A stretch of 64,000 bases of DNA, taken from NCBI GenBank assembly GCA_045807565.1, contig JBJMHD010000125.1:22254-86253 (forward strand), written 5' to 3'. Within the stretch, counting starts at the first letter, position 1. Every line of letters starts with the position of its first letter. This document shows positions 63,269 through 64,000 of this stretch, piece after piece. The stretch is from Acidimicrobiales bacterium. Its GTDB lineage: Bacteria; Actinomycetota; Acidimicrobiia; Acidimicrobiales; VFJN01. A program made the position numbers and the translations under genes. The notes beneath the pieces were generated by a model, which ran no database searches, was not told the DNA's origin, and worked only from the letters and a program-made list of their open reading frames with translations.

Positions 63269-63442
63269 ATGTTCACCTGCCCGCGGTGCGGCTCGGCGGT
63301 CGAGGAGCGGTTCTACGGGCCGTGCACGGCGTGCCGCGCCGCGTTGCGAGCGTCGGTGGTGGGGGAGCGCCGTGAGGTGGACGCGGCCGCGTTCGAGCCC
63401 GCGATGCACGTGACCCCGAACGCGGTGGCGGTGAAGGAGTAG
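63269..63442 (+). CDS. small zinc-ribbon protein (hypothetical)
   Basis: 57 aa. CPRCG...x11...CTAC gives two CxxC pairs. High GC3. Confidence 0.5.
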   Translation: MFTCPRCGSAVEERFYGPCTACRAALRASVVGERREVDAAAFEPAMHVTPNAVAVKE

Positions 63443-63451
63443 GCGTCGTCC

Positions 63452-64000
63452 CTAGCGCAGGGCGATCGGTTCGATCTCGGCCCGCGCGCCGCGGCGCGGC
63501 ACGCTGATGCCGCTGGACTCGATGAGCAGGCACACCCGGCCCCGGTGGCCGGCGAAGGGCTCGAGCAGCTCGAGCATCCGGTCGTCGGAGCCCCTGGCCT
63601 CACCGGCCAGCGCCCAGGAGACGAGGTGCTTCAGGTGGACGTCGCCCACGCTGACCGCGTCGGCGTCGCCGTGGGCCAGCCGGGTGACCTCGGCGACGGT
63701 CCAGAGGCCGATCCCAGGGATGGCGAGCAACCGATCCCGGAGGGTGGCCGTGCCTCGCTCCCCAGCGGCCTCGAGGCGGTTGGCGTGCGCGCAGGCGCGG
63801 CGCAGCGTGTCGGCGCGCTTCTTCTCCACGCCGACCACGTGCAGGTCGTAGTAGGGCAGCTCCGCGATCACGTCGGAGCGAGGGAGCAGCCGCAGGTCGC
63901 CTGGCCCGGGCGCCGGCTCGCCCCACCGCTCGATCAGCTGGCGGTAGGCGCGCTTGGCCTCGAACCCGGTGACGCGCTGGCCGAGGATCGCGGGCACGAG
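63452..64000 (-). CDS. HhH-GPD superfamily DNA glycosylase (AlkA / 3-methyladenine glycosylase II-like), N-terminus beyond window
   Basis: LLAIPGIGLWTVAEV (helix-hairpin-helix plus Gly/Pro loop), then a conserved D (GDVHL). The frame is open to the window edge. Confidence 0.8.
   Translation of the reverse strand, partial: LVPAILGQRVTGFEAKRAYRQLIERWGEPAPGPGDLRLLPRSDVIAELPYYDLHVVGVEKKRADTLRRACAHANRLEAAGERGTATLRDRLLAIPGIGLWTVAEVTRLAHGDADAVSVGDVHLKHLVSWALAGEARGSDDRMLELLEPFAGHRGRVCLLIESSGISVPRRGARAEIEPIALR

Noticed and set aside
1-64000. Mobile elements, prophage, CRISPR arrays, defence systems, tRNA/rRNA
   Set aside because: I recognised no transposase, integrase, recombinase, Cas, restriction-modification or toxin-antitoxin-like translations. 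I saw no regularly spaced direct repeats and no tRNA-like T-arm/acceptor ends. The exact 9-mer TTGGTGGAT at 7288 and 7669 is too short to call a target-site duplication.

Overview
This is a very GC-rich, gene-dense chromosomal segment of an actinobacterium; third codon positions are almost all G/C. Actinobacterial hallmarks include LPXTG and LCP envelope genes, a conservon, a PPOX/F420-type protein, MenB and an AftD-type arabinofuranosyltransferase. I call about 60 CDSs. I found no rRNA, tRNA, CRISPR array, transposase, integrase or prophage signal. All family calls rest on motifs I recognise by eye in the supplied translations; no database search was run. Many long ORFs in the track are antisense or extension artefacts of high GC, so real starts were re-derived from motifs, RBSs and 4-nt start/stop overlaps. 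The left 35 kb holds mixed housekeeping and accessory genes: typA, menB, modABC with a divergent padR, msrB, an M18 aminopeptidase, a cytosolic GH3, an RNB nuclease, a four-gene conservon (cvnABCD-like) followed by a GT2, and an LPXTG surface protein. The right 28 kb (35.4-63.2 kb) is a large envelope-glycan island. It has 7 predicted GT-C membrane glycosyltransferases including a 1444-aa AftD homologue, 3 polyprenyl-phosphate GT2 synthases (one fused to GtrA), a GT4, 2 methyltransferases and a UGM-like flavoenzyme. It also has a UbiA-type decaprenyl-phosphate phosphoribosyltransferase translationally coupled to a GMC flavoprotein plus two extended SDRs, where mycobacteria have DprE1/DprE2. 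Other items worth a second look are a ~400-nt tetraloop-rich non-coding element at 7.3-7.75 kb ending in a rare U-tract terminator, and a secreted protein built from five C-x18-C Asp-rich modules.
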